64,000 nt of DNA, taken from contig NC_082722.1 of the NCBI RefSeq assembly GCF_030144855.1, positions 21,142,001-21,206,000 on the forward strand. Direction: 5' to 3'. Source of the DNA: Hypanus sabinus. Lineage: Eukaryota. Positions 24,061 to 37,049 of the stretch are shown piece after piece; position 1 is the first letter of the stretch, and each line of letters opens with the position of its first letter. The position numbers were made by a program, and so were the translations under genes. Under the pieces are notes generated by a model. The model was not told the origin of the DNA. It did not search any database and saw nothing but the letters and a program-made list of their open reading frames with translations.

Positions 24061-26039
24061 TGGCGATGGTAAATTATATCTCTGAGGTATTATTTTCATG
24101 TTGTCTTGGCCTGAAAGGAACATTTTCCTTCCATTTAGATTTACATTTTTGATTGAAAACCAAATGTTGTCTTCACACAGCTATTCTCCGTTACAAGTTT
24201 GACAGCAGTTATGATAAGTTTTTTTTTTTCTGTACTACGGTGAAGTATAACTGGTTCCGCAATTGATATGGTCAAAGATTCAAAAGTTAGAATTTTATTT
24301 TATTTGATGTTGTGATGACGCTTTACATTATTCTCTTTGCAGAATGTTCAAGCCGTAGAATCGAAACACGGACCTTGCAAAACAACATGAGAAATTTTTA
24401 GTTGAGAGGAAGAAGGTTCAATGTCACGTATTTTAACTTTGAGCTATTGTCTGTAACCTAAGCGTCGAGCTTAAAAATAAACAAGTCTGCAGATTGCTTT
24501 TTGATCTACATGCAAACTTTACCCTCGAAGACTTTCCATAATTTCATTAGGGTTTATTTTCTGCAATTTGTAACTTCCTGTTAACCTGCGTGAAAACTTT
24601 TTTACAGCTACTTAGCTAAAGGAAGAACTTGAATCATGGTGTGCAGCACGGAACAGGCCCGCCCCACCGTTCAGAACGAAATATTTATGTAACTGTTATT
24701 TTCCTTTCTTCTATCACGGTACCACATCCTCTGGAAACTTGTATACATCTAACCTCCTCTGTGTGAGAACCTTGAGACGCAGAGTTCTTTAAATACATCT
24801 TCTCTCAATTCAGAACGACAGCTTTAGGTTTAGCTCCCTTGGCTTCTGAAATTGACTTTGAGAATCCACTATATTAATGTCTGTAGCAATGTTTATACAA
24901 ATTTCATGTTATACTCCAGTCCGCTGTACACCAGAGTGAACAACCCATTTCTACACAATTCCTCCATGCCACTAAGTCTCCCCTTGAAGGCAATGTCTCG
25001 GTTTAATTGTACTGTAATCTTTCTAACTACCACGTGCATTCTATCTTATGACCAGAAGAGCACGCAACACTCCAAGTGCGGTCTAGCCAATAGCTACAGC
25101 TGAAACAAGACGTCCCAACACTAGTCAATACACTTTCAAGAGGATAAGTAGGATAAAGGCCCTTTTATTTAATAACCTGAAGTTGCGTCTTTCCAGGAGT
25201 CTATCCAAGTATGCCAGAAAGTCCCTCGGTAAATCTTCGATCCCGTATATTCAACGGTTCCTGTCTGTGTCAATGGCTCAGTAAATCATAAACAAATAGA
25301 TTCTGCAGATGTTGAAATCCAGAGGAATAAACACAAAATCTTACAAGAGCTTAGCATGTCTGACAGTATTAATAGAGAGGAAAGAACGGTTGCTTCTTCA
25401 GGCTGATGACCTTGATCAGCCTGGTTGCTTTTCTTCGGGAGTGGGAAACAACGTCCCCTCCAATTTTGAAGCAACGTGGACCAGCCATCACTCTGAACAG
25501 GAAATATTTAAACCGGCTGTAAGAGGATTATGCACGGGCTGACAGCTTATTAAGAATGAGCTACCCATTTACCATTCTGAGTTTGTTGTGACAATTTGTA
25601 CCAGTGTTGTAACTTGCAATGTAAGAACGTTGAAACTCTAAAGAGTTTTATATTAAAGTTGTCGTGTGCACATTATGCAAAAAAAATTATGGTTTACATT
25701 TATTAGCACACAATCATATGATATTTCACAAATACATTAACGTAGATTTCATAAACATATTAGTATAATTTCAAAATTAGATTAGCATTATCTGAAATAA
25801 GTTTCCAGCTGCGTGACAGCAAATGCTATGTGCGTAGGAGCGCTTTAGTCACTGCGCGGCTGCATATATACACAGATTAATGGGAACAATGGGGAGAAGT
25901 GTATACAGACCACATAGAGAGGAGGCTGGTTTCCTAATCAACTGAACTGCGTCCACAAACTTCTGTAACTTTGTTCTTGCTGTCTTGGGCGTTCTGTCGA
26001 AATGGTAAGTACTACTACTGACTTGAAACATGCAAAGAG

Positions 26040-26720
26040 CTTTGAATCATGTCAAGGCTGAATATTGAAGCACAGAAACTTTACATTGTGATCATTACAG
26101 GCGCGAATCCTCCACCACCCACCGAAAAAAATATAATTTTCATATCGAAAAGTAGATAAAGCACTCGTCCAAAGACGGGTGTAATATTTTCGGTGGATTA
26201 ACAAAGAGGTTATGCAGTAAAAGATACCCAATGAATAAACAAAACAATCCTCTTTGTGTTCCATTCACAAAGCTTAACGCAGCGACAAACCACTTCTTTG
26301 TCAATATCGATAAAACCAGAAACTTTTAATTACATTTCAACGATGGCCAGTGGGGAGCCATTGCCCTACCTCCTACATGACACTATGCATTCAAATTTGT
26401 TAATATCTCACTGCTCCTGTATTGACGTAGAGTTACCGGAAGTCTTAGCCAACATGATAGTCAAAAGCTATCTTCACAGCCGAACGCGACGGAAGAATTA
26501 AATTTTGCCTCACGAGGTGCTTACTTTATTAGCTGTTATTTTATTTAAGTTACACAGTACATTACCATGAAACTTTAGAATTGAATTCAATACCCCTATT
26601 TATCAGATTCCCTGTGGGTTGGAGCACAATTCAGTGAATGTTTACGAGATGTCAAGATCATTAGTTGCTGTTTTCTTCTTATATTACCATCGACCACGAA
26701 TTATTTGGGCTGAAATAAAA
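26040..26720 (-). repeat. Inverted paralogue of 16400-17030 (possible decayed V exon)
   Basis: Shared sequence blocks. One frame gives LYVNTGAV and SLGIFYC, but in a different register from the motif-bearing frame of the other copy. Confidence 0.5.
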
Positions 26721-27169
26721 ATAAGCTGCTCTCCAAATTCACTGGGCCATACGATGTGTGAGAAGGCAAGACAATGGTCAATGTTTTGCAATCGAGACTG
26801 GGGATTAGAGTGTAGAGGGAACTCAATAAATAAATGCGAGAAAGAGCTGTGCGACCGAAGCTATCAGGTGATAAGTGGAACCAAACTGTGGGCTGCAGTG
26901 GTGGGGTTGTTGCAATCTGAGCGAGAACAGCTTTTTGTAATTGGCAGCTTCTACCTGCATTTTTCAAACAAAATTTGTCTTGCCAATGGCGGCGAATTTC
27001 TGGACATTATATTTTTCATCGTCTGAGGAATGTTGTATAAAATCATTGGGGCATATTTAAGGGAAAGTAGTATTTTTTTCATGAAATTATTGGAGAATAT
27101 ACGATGGACCAGAAGAGGAGATTATAACTGAGCATATCAGACATTATTACATTGAATGGCCGGGCATTA

Positions 27170-28675
27170 GAGAGAGGCGACACGCACATCCCGCTGGAGG
27201 AACTCAGCAGGTCAGACAGCATCCCTGGAAATGAGCAGTCAAAGTTTCGGGCCGAGAACCTTCGTCAGGAATGAAGAGGGAGGAGGCAGGGGCCCTATAA
27301 GTAATATCGGGGAAGGGTGCCAGGTGAAAAACCAGTAAGGGGAAAGATCGAGGGTGGGGGAGGGGAAACAGGGAGAGGATAGTCAGGAAAGGTGAAGAAG
27401 GAATGTAAGAGGAAAGCACTATGGATAATGGAAGGAGGCGGAACCATGAATGAGGTGATAGGCAGCTGGAGGAGGAGGCAGAGTGAAATCGGGATGGGGG
27501 AAGGGAGGGGGAGAGAGTGTCTGGAAATTGGAGAATTCAATGCTCATGCCAAGGGGCTTGGGACCACCCAGACTGTATATGAGCTGTTGCTCCTCCAACC
27601 TGATTTTGGCCTCATTATGGCAGTACTGAAGGCCATGCACTAAAATATCCGAATGGGAATGTGAAGCAGAGTTGAAGTGAGTGGCAACCGGATGATCCTA
27701 TCTGTTGTGGCGGACGGACTGGAGGTGCTCGACGAAGTGGTCCCTCCAATTTGCGTCGGATCTCGCAGATGTAGAAGTGCCACACTGGGAGCATTGGATG
27801 CAATTGATGACCCCAACAGACTCTCAGGTGAAATGTTGCCTCACCTGGAAGGCCTGTTTGGGGCCCTGAATGGTGTTAAGAGAGGAGGTGTAGGGACAGG
27901 TGTAGCACTTACACTTACAGGGATAAATGTCAGGTGGGAGATCCATGGGGAGGGACGTGTGGACCAGGGAGTCGCGGAGGGAAAGATCACTGTGGAAAGC
28001 GGAGAGGGGTAGAGAGGGAATGATGTTCTTAGTGGTGGGGTCCTGTTGAATGTGGCGAAGTTATGGAGGATAACGTGCTGGATCCGGAGGCTGGTGGGTG
28101 GTAAGGGAACAAAGGGAACTCTGTACCTGTTCTGGTGATGGAATGTTGGGCTGAGAGCCGAAGTGCGGGAAATGGAGGAGATGCGGGCGAGAGCATCATT
28201 CATGATGGCAGAAGGGAAACCACGAACCTTCAAGAAAGAGGACATTTGATATGTCCTGGAAAGGAAAGCCTCATCCTGGGAGCAGATGCGGCGGAAACGG
28301 AGGAACTGGGTATAAAGAATAGCACTTTTACATGTGGCAGGGTGGGAAGATGTATAGTCGAGGCAGTTATGAGGGTCAGTGGATTTATAGAAGATGTCAG
28401 TGGACAGTTTGTCTCCAGAGATGGAGACCGAGAGATGGAGAAAGGGGAGAGAAGTGTTCGAAATGGACTAAGTGAATATGACTGCTGGGTGGAAGTTAGA
28501 GGCGAAGTCGATTAAATTGCCGAGCTCAGCATGGGTGCAGGAAGCAGCACCAATGTAGTCGTCAATGTAGCGAAGGAAAGGTTGGGGAGCAGTACCAGTT
28601 TGGGATTGGAGCATAGACTGTTCCACATAACCAACGAAGAGGCAGGCTAAACTAGGGGCCATGCTAGAAGAAAAT
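27170..28675 (-). mobile_element. Penelope-like element (RT C-terminus plus GIY-YIG plus terminal repeat)
   Basis: MAPSLACLFVGYVEQSML..PQPFLRYIDDYIG (RT), MSSFLKVRGFPS..RVPFV, EAKIRLEEQQLIYSLG..GMSIEFSNF (GIY-YIG end). Confidence 0.9.
27235..27272 (-). ncRNA. Minimal type I hammerhead ribozyme motif in the Penelope terminal repeat
   Basis: Minus strand attc-CTGACGA-AGGTTCTCGGCCC-GAAAC-TTT-GACTG. Confidence 0.55.
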
Positions 28676-30639
28676 GGGAACAGCTAAAGAGAAGTTATTA
28701 AGTGTGAGTAACAGTTCCGCCAACCGGGGGAAAGTGGTGGTGGTGAATGTGAACTGCTGAGGACTATTGTCAAGAAAGTAGCAGCGGAATGGCGAATCCT
28801 GATTCATAAGTTTCTGACATTTTTTCAGTGGCAATTTGCGGAATGAATCAGCAAAAATATCGAAGACGAAAATGATCCTTATCTTCCTAACTCGTATATA
28901 TGATATTGATTGCCATTCTTTTTCTGGATATAAGGAATGAGCAATGCCTCGGGTCTACGCTCATTGGTGGTCTGCAGCTCTGAACTACAACTGGATTCTC
29001 AGCTTCCCAGCTTCCTTGATGAATTTACTATATATCTGCGCTCAATGTATGTTTGCTTTGAAGTTCAGATGCTTCCATTAGTTAATGGAATTGTAACGCT
29101 ACAGAGCTGCACAAGTTAGTTTGTCAGCTCCATTTTTCAGATAGTGCAAAATCGAGCATCCAGTATCTAATTCAGTCAAACGGTTGTAAAATAAACTACT
29201 GAGGTACTCATCAGTCATCAATTTTAGATTGCTACCACTTTACACAAAGTTCATGTCAGCCTTCTTCAAGATTTCCCTTTTTGATTCAAATAGAATTTGA
29301 AATACAAGAGCCTGTCTTGTCCCACAGAAGAATGAACATGTCTTTCCTTACTTAAAATGAATTTTCACAAAATCTATTTAAGAGAGTAGAGAATCCATTG
29401 AAGTAGTAGTCATGTTACTAAATGTTTGGTTAACTCACAATACAAGCGCATTTTTCTGTTATTTCTGTCTGATTTCCGCAACCTGATTTATCTACCAAGC
29501 TCACAGGTAGTTGTTTGACTGCAATCAAAGTTTAACTTGAACTTCTTGCGGGAGGAGATTACGAAATTGTGATGATATTTCGTCACAATTCTCTATTAAC
29601 TGATATTGCTGACGTTGTTTTGAAAGTGAAAATATGTATATTGATAGGGTGAGAGAAATTTCGCCCGTCTGTCACAATGTTCACTATTCTTATCCTTATC
29701 TTTCGCTATTATTTCAGCCGGCGCTATTTAGTCTCCCTCCAGTAGATAAGTGGAAACAACCCGTTGGGCATTCATTCGTATTTTAGCTTCTCGCTTCTTA
29801 TGAAAGCTTCACAGCTACACTGAATCCTTTTGCCGTGCTTACTGACGATATTTTATTGTTGGGAGTCTGCAGAGCATCATACGTCAACTTTTCATCTTAG
29901 GATCTCCATACCTTCTGCCCTAGCTTGTGATGATCATCATCATCAGCCATTGTTCTTCGAGACGAACAGATGACAACCACCAACTACCAGAATTGGTCCC
30001 ATGCGACTTCATATTTTAAGAAATAAATTGTAATTATTTCTTCAAAAAACAATGCTGATTTTGCATCTACCCCGCCCCCAATCCCTTGGATTTACCTTGG
30101 CATAGACAACATGTTCATCCTGGTGTCTGACCTCGTGAATTACTTTGTTTTCTCTCACGTTTAGTGTAGCATAGGTAACGCTAGGTTCAACTGGCGTTAG
30201 TCCAGCCTGTTACAAAGAGGTAGTTAACACTGTTAGTGGGGAGTCTAATGCAATTCCAGTTCTATAAAGAGAAAATGATTTTGAAAACGTAAACGTAAAT
30301 GAGTAAAAATGCGGCATAATAACCTTCTAACACCAGTAAGTGATATTGCGTTATATGTTCTTTTAGAGAAGGCACGAAGTGTGTTTCCCTAGCGCTGAAA
30401 GTTCCTCTGAACTTTTAAGATTTAAATTGATTTTCAAACGCCACTGAAAAGCTATTCTATGAGTAGAATGAATTTCTCATCTCGTCATCTTTTTTCCTTC
30501 CACAGTTATTTCCTTTTTCCTCCATTCCCCAACAGTTTCCGCAGGGACTCCTCGGGAACTACTGACCATGGAAGCAGCGTTGTGCGGGTCAGTTTGTCAT
30601 CGGTTTTCATGTACTCATGGACATATCCATACTTAGTTC

Positions 30640-32228
30640 ATAATTGATCATAATAATCCTCTACCAATGAGTTGGTGAAGAGCAAGAGGATGAGACGTGA
30701 GAGAATACCACCAATCATGTGTGGCTGTGCTAAAGTGTGTATGGAACCAGAGGAGATAACAGAGTTACATAGTGAATGCTTTGCTTTAGTATTCACTACG
30801 GTAAAGTATCTGGGCGATTGTAGGAATGACGTAGAGCGGAATGAAAAGCTTGAGCATGTAGATATTAAGAAAGTGGATGTGCAAGAGCTTTTGAAAAACA
30901 TCAAGTTGGATTAGTCACCCGGACGTACGAGCTAAACCCTAGGCTATTGTGGGAGGGGAGGGGAGCATAATATATTTAGGAACAGTCAGCATGGCTTTGT
31001 GTATTGCGAGTCTGACTTTTTTTTCTGAGGATATGTCTAAACACATTGATGAAGGTTGAGCTGTAGCTGTAGTGTTTACGGATTTCAGCAAGGAATTTGA
31101 CAAGGTACTCCATGCAAGGCTTATTCAGAAAGTAAGGAAGCATGGGATCCAAGGGGACATTGCTTGCTCACAGAAGGCAAAGAGTGGTTGAGGACGGTTC
31201 ATATTCTGCATAGAGGTCGGTGACTAACGGTGTGCCTCAGGGACAGCAGTTTTGGGACCTCTACTCTTCCTGATTTTATAAGTGACCTGGATGAAGAAGT
31301 GGAGGGATAGGTTAGTTTGCTGATGACACAAAGGTTGGAGGTGTTCTGGATTGTGTGCCTGGCTGTTAGAGGTCACAGCGGGACATCGATAGGATGCAAA
31401 ACTCGGCTGGGGAGTTGCAGGTGGCGTTCAACCCAGATAAGTGTGAAGTGGCGGCAATTTGGTAGGTCAAACGTGATGACAGAAAAGAGTATCAATGGTA
31501 AGACTGTCGGCAGTGTGGAGGATCAGAGGGATCTTGGGATCCGAGTCCATGGGCTCTCAACGCTGCTGCGCACGTTGGCTCTATGGTTAAAAAAGCATAC
31601 AATGCATTGGCCTTCATCAATCGGGGGATTGGGTATAGGAGCCGAGAGGTAATGTTGAAGCTCTATAGGACCATTGTCAGACTGCACTGGTACTCTGCTG
31701 AGTTATGGTCACCTCACTGTGGGAAGAATATGGGAGTCATAGAAAGGGTGCAGAGGAGATTTACAAGGATGTTGCTTGGATGGGCAGCATGCATTATGAG
31801 AATAGGTTGAGTGAACTTGGCCTTTTTTCTTTGGAGCGACGAAGGATGAGAGGTGACCTGACAGATGTGTGTAAGATGATGAGAGGCATTAATCTTGTGA
31901 ATAGCCAGAGGTTTTATATTTCCAGGGCTGAAATGGGTAGCACGAGCGGGCACAGTTTTAAGCTGCTTGGAACTAAGTACAGAGGAGATGTCAGGGGTAG
32001 GATTTTGTTATGCACAGAGCGGTGAGTGCGTGGAATGGGCTGTCTTCGACGGTGGTGGAGGCAGATGCGGTAGGTTTCTTAAAGAGGGTCCTGGACAGAT
32101 ACATGGAGCTCCGAAAAGTAGAGGGTTATGGGTAACCCTAGGTAATTTGTTAGGTAAGGGTATGGTCGGCACAGCTTTCTGGAGCGAATGGCCTGTAGTG
32201 TGCTGTTGGTTTTCTATGTTTCTATGTT
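30640..32228 (+). mobile_element. CR1 LINE RT and 3' fragment
   Basis: KKAYNALAFINRGIGYRSREVMLKLYRTIVR, ENRLSELGLFSLERRRMRGDL; tail ttctatgtttctatgtt. Confidence 0.87.
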
Positions 32229-32349
32229 TGTAATATACCCCTCTCAGAAGCAAAATCAAAAGTTGTTTCACCTCCATTTCTCCTTTCTAATTTGCTTCCT
32301 CAGAAATTGTTTGAATACACAAAGGATTTAAAAAAATAGAACGACTTTT

Positions 32350-32722
32350 TTGCAAAGACGAGGCTAAGGACGAAACCAAATGTAGGACACAGCTGTAGGG
32401 CATTAGCACTGTCGGAAACGGGGAAGCGGTATCCAAGAGAGTCTTTGCACAGAGACAAGGTTTACGTGGAGTATCCTGGAAATGATGTGGAGCTCAGAAG
32501 TGACAGTCATCAGGAATCAAGAAACGAGGTTTAATCACACAAGAGCCGACAAACCAACTGACATGGCTGTGACGGCAGACTTTTATACTATGTTGGCTAA
32601 CGGGAACCAGGTATGCTTGTAATTAGTGGAACTGGGAATGATTGGAATTCAGACGAGGGGATAAAGGCCCAATTAAGGAGGTCATATGAAGATGGGGAAT
32701 TGCCAGACGGGACCATGACCAC
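32350..32722 (-). mobile_element. Possible decayed solo LTR
   Basis: The minus strand starts TGTCATGG and contains TATA-like and polyA-like words. No TSD confirmed. Confidence 0.3.
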
Positions 32723-33211
32723 CTTAAATAATATCTGTAATGTCAGAAAAATTAAAGTTGTGGATTTGATTGTAATCATATTTCTTGCCGGAACTTAAAA
32801 TTCCTGATAGCTATTCAAAATAGAAGCGGCGCACGTTGTGGCCAGGTAATATGTTGAGCATCAACTTTCATAAATGTGGTGGATCTATATTTTCATTGAA
32901 GGATTAGATTGGCGGTAGCATAACATCAGTCATGTTATCTCTCAAAGGAACAAAAATATAACAGTAAGAGTATTATTACTTGTACAAAATCGCCGCAGGA
33001 ATGCACAGCCTTAAAATCCTAGGTGTCTGAAAATCATAGGTAGAAGGCAGGGTTGGTTAACTTGAATAGGAATGTAAAATTATCCTGTCATTTATAATCA
33101 GTATTGTCGAATGTGAATCCGATAATGCCTTGGAAATCCTGATTCTCTCATTATCATTTCTTGTTCCAACCGGCAGAGGTAATAAGCGGAAATGGTTATC
33201 AAATCGTCCAC

Positions 33212-33310
33212 GTTTTCCCTTAACACCTATTCTTATCAAAATTATAATCAGAATTACAATTGCCATTACGCCCAATGCACATCCAAGAATCAGGGGTTTA
33301 TTGCTGTTTT
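33212..33310 (-). pseudogene. Paralogous TM exon (open, splice sites present) of a decayed L-V-C1-TM unit
   Basis: Acceptor ttcttctttgctgtattctAG|AA, 99 nt, donor AAAAC|GTGGAC. Encodes NSNKPLILGCALGVMAIVILIIILIRIGVKGK. Confidence 0.8.
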
Positions 33311-33540
33311 CTAGAATACAGCAAAGAAGAAACTACGAAACATATATAAATATATAGTTACCATGAGAAAAGGAAGTAGAGCATTTTAATGCCCGAGGAA
33401 CTCAGCCTTCTTTTATTTCCTTTGTATCCGAGGCCTGAACAGATAAAGATTGCAAGAGACGCAATATATCACGGGCTTTAAGATGATGATGGGACTTATG
33501 GAGAAGACAGATCATCTTATATAGTGCTTTTTTACAGTGC

Positions 33541-33541
<1 letters not shown>

Positions 33542-33570
<29 letters not shown>
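33542..33570. repeat. (CA)n microsatellite
   Basis: Direct reading. Confidence 0.95.
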
Positions 33571-33572
<2 letters not shown>

Positions 33573-34099
33573 GCCAGAGGAACTCAGTAGGCCAGGCAGC
33601 ATCTGTGGGGAAAAGTGCAGTCGACGTTGCTTAGAGCTCCAGCAGCTACAGACATTCTCTTGTCTGTGATTTGGTTCTTTACAGTGAGTTTTTTTTTCTT
33701 TGGAATAAGAGAGAATTTCTTTTTACGATGTCTTTGCAAATAGTTTGATCGCAGCTGTCCCTAAACTGTCACTCGAAAGCTCTCTCAACAGATTTTATTA
33801 ATAAACAAGATAAAATGACTGTTTACTGCCATAAGAATCACAAGATGCATTCATAGAATATTAAAAAGCACAATCCGAATCATGTATCAGGAGACTAGGT
33901 AGTTCGTGAAAAACGGAGAGAGCAACGAGCAGATTTAGATTAAGTAATGAAACTAAGACACTGGAAGACAGAATTCCAGGTTTAAGCGCAGAGGTAGCTA
34001 AAGGCGTAGAAATGCGCAAATAGTTTTAAAAGAACAGAATACCGAACAATAGATGTACATAAATATTATGTATGAATATTTTGAAACATAAATATAATT

Positions 34100-34314
34100 T
34101 GACTATTTATAAAATTGACCAACTTCAAGATTGTGATAGATACTCCCTCACTTTCCTATACAGTTCAGATGCTTCGATTCTCATCTTATATGAAATATAA
34201 CGATATTTGTCTCGGATGTTTCCAATAAATATAGATACGCAATATTAGGAGGTAGAAATTACAAAGACGTGCCAGCCTCTCAGTGAAGAAACCGCTGAGT
34301 ACTGACTTTTATCA
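34100..34314 (-). pseudogene. Decayed C1 exon remnant
   Basis: Minus strand RLCNFYLLILRIYIYWKHPRQI...NRSI vs intact LRCKTAAFYPEKLEIVWQKNNKQI...NRSV; aatcgaagcat vs aaccgaagcgt. Confidence 0.4.
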
Positions 34315-34394
34315 CTACAAGGAATCTACCTCTGGCCGAAGGAAACAGCCACTTAGTATTCTCAGCCGGAATCTTGTCAACATATGGTAGTTAG

Positions 34395-34857
34395 ATCGTA
34401 CTCTCAACTCACAGAACCCTTTGAGCAAATTTACATAAAATTGTCTAAATGTCACGCTGCAAAAGGTAATATCCACATCAACCCTGATCTTCCAATTACA
34501 TATTCTATTTCTCTTGAGATTTCGGTTTGTGCAAATATACTATATGTCCATTACACAAACTTTACATATTTTTCAAATCCTTTCACCCAAAGTTATTAAA
34601 TACGCATTTCTTCACGATCTTCCGTTTGTAAATCTTGACTTATATCCAACAAATTCCTGAATATTAACGACAAAGTGAACGAAGGAAAATGTTTGACCTT
34701 CGGCAAACGTACGGTAATGGTCAATTGGCTAGAGAGAGCAATGGAACTGAATTGCTTTAGATGTAATATCACATCCATTTTATTTGCTTTACGTTGCACT
34801 AATAAACATAGAATTAAACGTGATGGCTGTTATAAAGAGATATTTCCTCCACGCCAT
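34395..34857 (-). pseudogene. Leader exon (34857-34793) plus decayed V(J)-like exon (34728 to about 34395)
   Basis: MAWRKYLFITAITFNSMFISA|GTAAAG, 64-nt intron, ctctctAG|. Frameshifted remnants AEGQTFS, FVGYK, LEDQG..YY..CSV and terminal KGFCELRVR (compare GxGTxLxVR); about 334 nt. Confidence 0.45.
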
Positions 34858-35149
34858 TTATTAGTGAAACATCCGGCAGAAAACAACAAAATCTCAATCT
34901 GTAGGAAATTGGAGCGGAGTTGGACTAATAGGGAAAGAAATGGAATTGCATGGGTCTCCACAATACATATCAATGCCATTACCACAGGTCGTTATTTTCA
35001 GTAATTCTGCTGGAGTATATACTTTATATTACCTCAATAAAAACACAAAATGCTGGCAGAACTCAGCAGGCCAGACAGCATCTATGGGAGGAGGTAGCGA
35101 CGACGTTTCGGGCCGAAATCAACCTGATGAACCTCATCTGCACCACCTC

Positions 35150-36620
35150 CGAAGCCAATGTAATCTTTCTCTACTAAGGAGAACAAAACTGCATGCAGTA
35201 CTCTAGTTGCGGCTTCACTATTACCCTATGCAGTTTCAGCATAAATGCCTGCCCTTAAATTCAGTCCCTTTAGCAATGAATGTTTTCTTGATAGCTTGCT
35301 GCACCTCCAAACGAACCTTTTGCGATTCATGCACGAACACCACCAAGACCTTCTGCTCACCAGCATGCTGCAATATTTTACCACTTAAATAATAATCTGA
35401 TCTTCCATTTTTCCTTCCAATGTGGATTAGCTCTAATTTACCAATATTGTACTCCATCTGCCAGACCGTTGCCCACTCACGTAACCTATCTATATCTCTC
35501 TGCAGACTCTCAATAACCGTGCAAAATTTGCTTTTCCACTTAATTTAGTATCATCAGCAAACTTAGATACACTGCATTCAACCCCCACTTCCAGATCGCT
35601 GATGTTTATCGTGAACAGTTGAGATGATTGCCAACCAGAGGAACATCCATGTATCACATCTGTCTACTTTCTAATGATCAACTCATTCTCTATCCATGCT
35701 AAATCATAACCCTTACTCTATTCAACCTTTTCATATGGATAAATCTTATGCGTGGCACCTTAGCAAACGTCTTCTAGAAATCCTATTAAGTAACGTCCAT
35801 CTGTTCTCCTCTATCCACTGCACTCGTTATATCCTTTAGAACTGCAGCTGTTTGTCAAGTATGACCTGTCTTTGCTGAATCCATTCTGCATCTGCTTGAT
35901 GGGCCATCTTTTTAGTGATATCTTTTTTATCGAGGTCCTTACTTCTCATCGCATCGATATCATCTGTGTTCCGCATGTTAAACGTGACCTCCACTGTGAT
36001 GACCGAGACAAAGTAGTCTTTCTAAGCCTCGGCCATTTCCTCCAAGTTCACTTTGGCCAAACTTTTCCGCTTTATATAATTATGAGAACATTTTCTATCC
36101 GTTGTTATATTTTGAACTGGTGGTCCGTGTTCATAATTTAGCTCCCCTTTCTTCATCGCTGGCTTAGTGGTTCGCCTAGTGTTTGCTTTTTAAGTTTTCC
36201 CAATCTATCAATTTTCAACTACTCTTGGCGGTTTTGTACGCACGAGCTTTTAGTTTGATACCTTCCTTTATTTCTTCAGTTATCCATGGCTGGCTCTCTT
36301 CACACTTACTGTACTTGCTTTTAACTAGAATATATTTTTAATCAGCAGCATGAAAATTCTCTTTCAAATTTTTCTACTGTTCCACAACAGTCTCACCATA
36401 TAGCCTATGCTCCCTGTCTGCCCTTATCCACTCCTCCTTCATCCCGTTTGCACCCTCTATTTGTAGAAGAAAATCAGTCATGCTCTGATCACTCTTTCTA
36501 GGAAGATCCCTAAATGCAAGATGGCTAATTGTACTTGTCTCAGCACAGGACCAGATCCAAGATAACATATTCCTTTGTAGGTTCAGTTACAAGTACACGC
36601 AAACTATCATGGATGCATTC
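35150..36620 (-). mobile_element. CR1 LINE fragments
   Basis: Minus strand YNIGKLELIHIGRKNGRSDYYL and EEDFIECIHDS..EPTKEYVILDLVLC. Confidence 0.8.
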
Positions 36621-36715
36621 TATGAAGTCCTCCTCAAGACTGCCTCGACCTACGTGATTCACATAATCTATATGCAAGCGAAAGTACCACACGAGAACAG
36701 CTGTGCTATTCTTAC

Positions 36716-37012
36716 ATGTCTCAGGTATTTCTCCTTTTACTACCTTTTGAGCGTTTCGTGAGATACCAGACAGGTGTAAACCACTTTCCACTGAGCAGGC
36801 TGCGCATCTTCCAAAGTACTGGAAGCCTCCTAAAATCCTTCAGAAGTCTCAAATTTTGCTGTTTTTATTATTGTTGCGACCATATTATTTCTTTGTCAAA
36901 AGATGTCTAATTTCTTCGGTTATCATGTTGCAGTTTTACACATCAGTTTCGGGGATGTAGGTGAAGTTTCTTCAACACGAATGATTTTCAGTTTTCAGCG
37001 GAGTTGGGGGAG
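36716..37012 (-). pseudogene. Full-length C1 pseudo-exon paralogous to 473-766
   Basis: ttgtAG|CT...CAT|GTAAG. Encodes PPTPLK/IIRVEETSPTSPKLMCKTAT**PKKLDIF*QRNN...EGF*EASSTLE..QWKVVYTCLVSHETLK. Both Cys kept; one frameshift and several stops. Confidence 0.9.
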
Positions 37013-37049
37013 CTACAACTGAAGAAAACGCGACGTCAAATACCAGCCA

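Noticed and set aside
33057-33211. Read-through of the TM ORF as a long cytoplasmic tail
   Set aside because: A GT donor falls exactly at the 99-nt length shared by all three TM exons, and the frame is not conserved in the 19340 paralogue, so this is probably intron.
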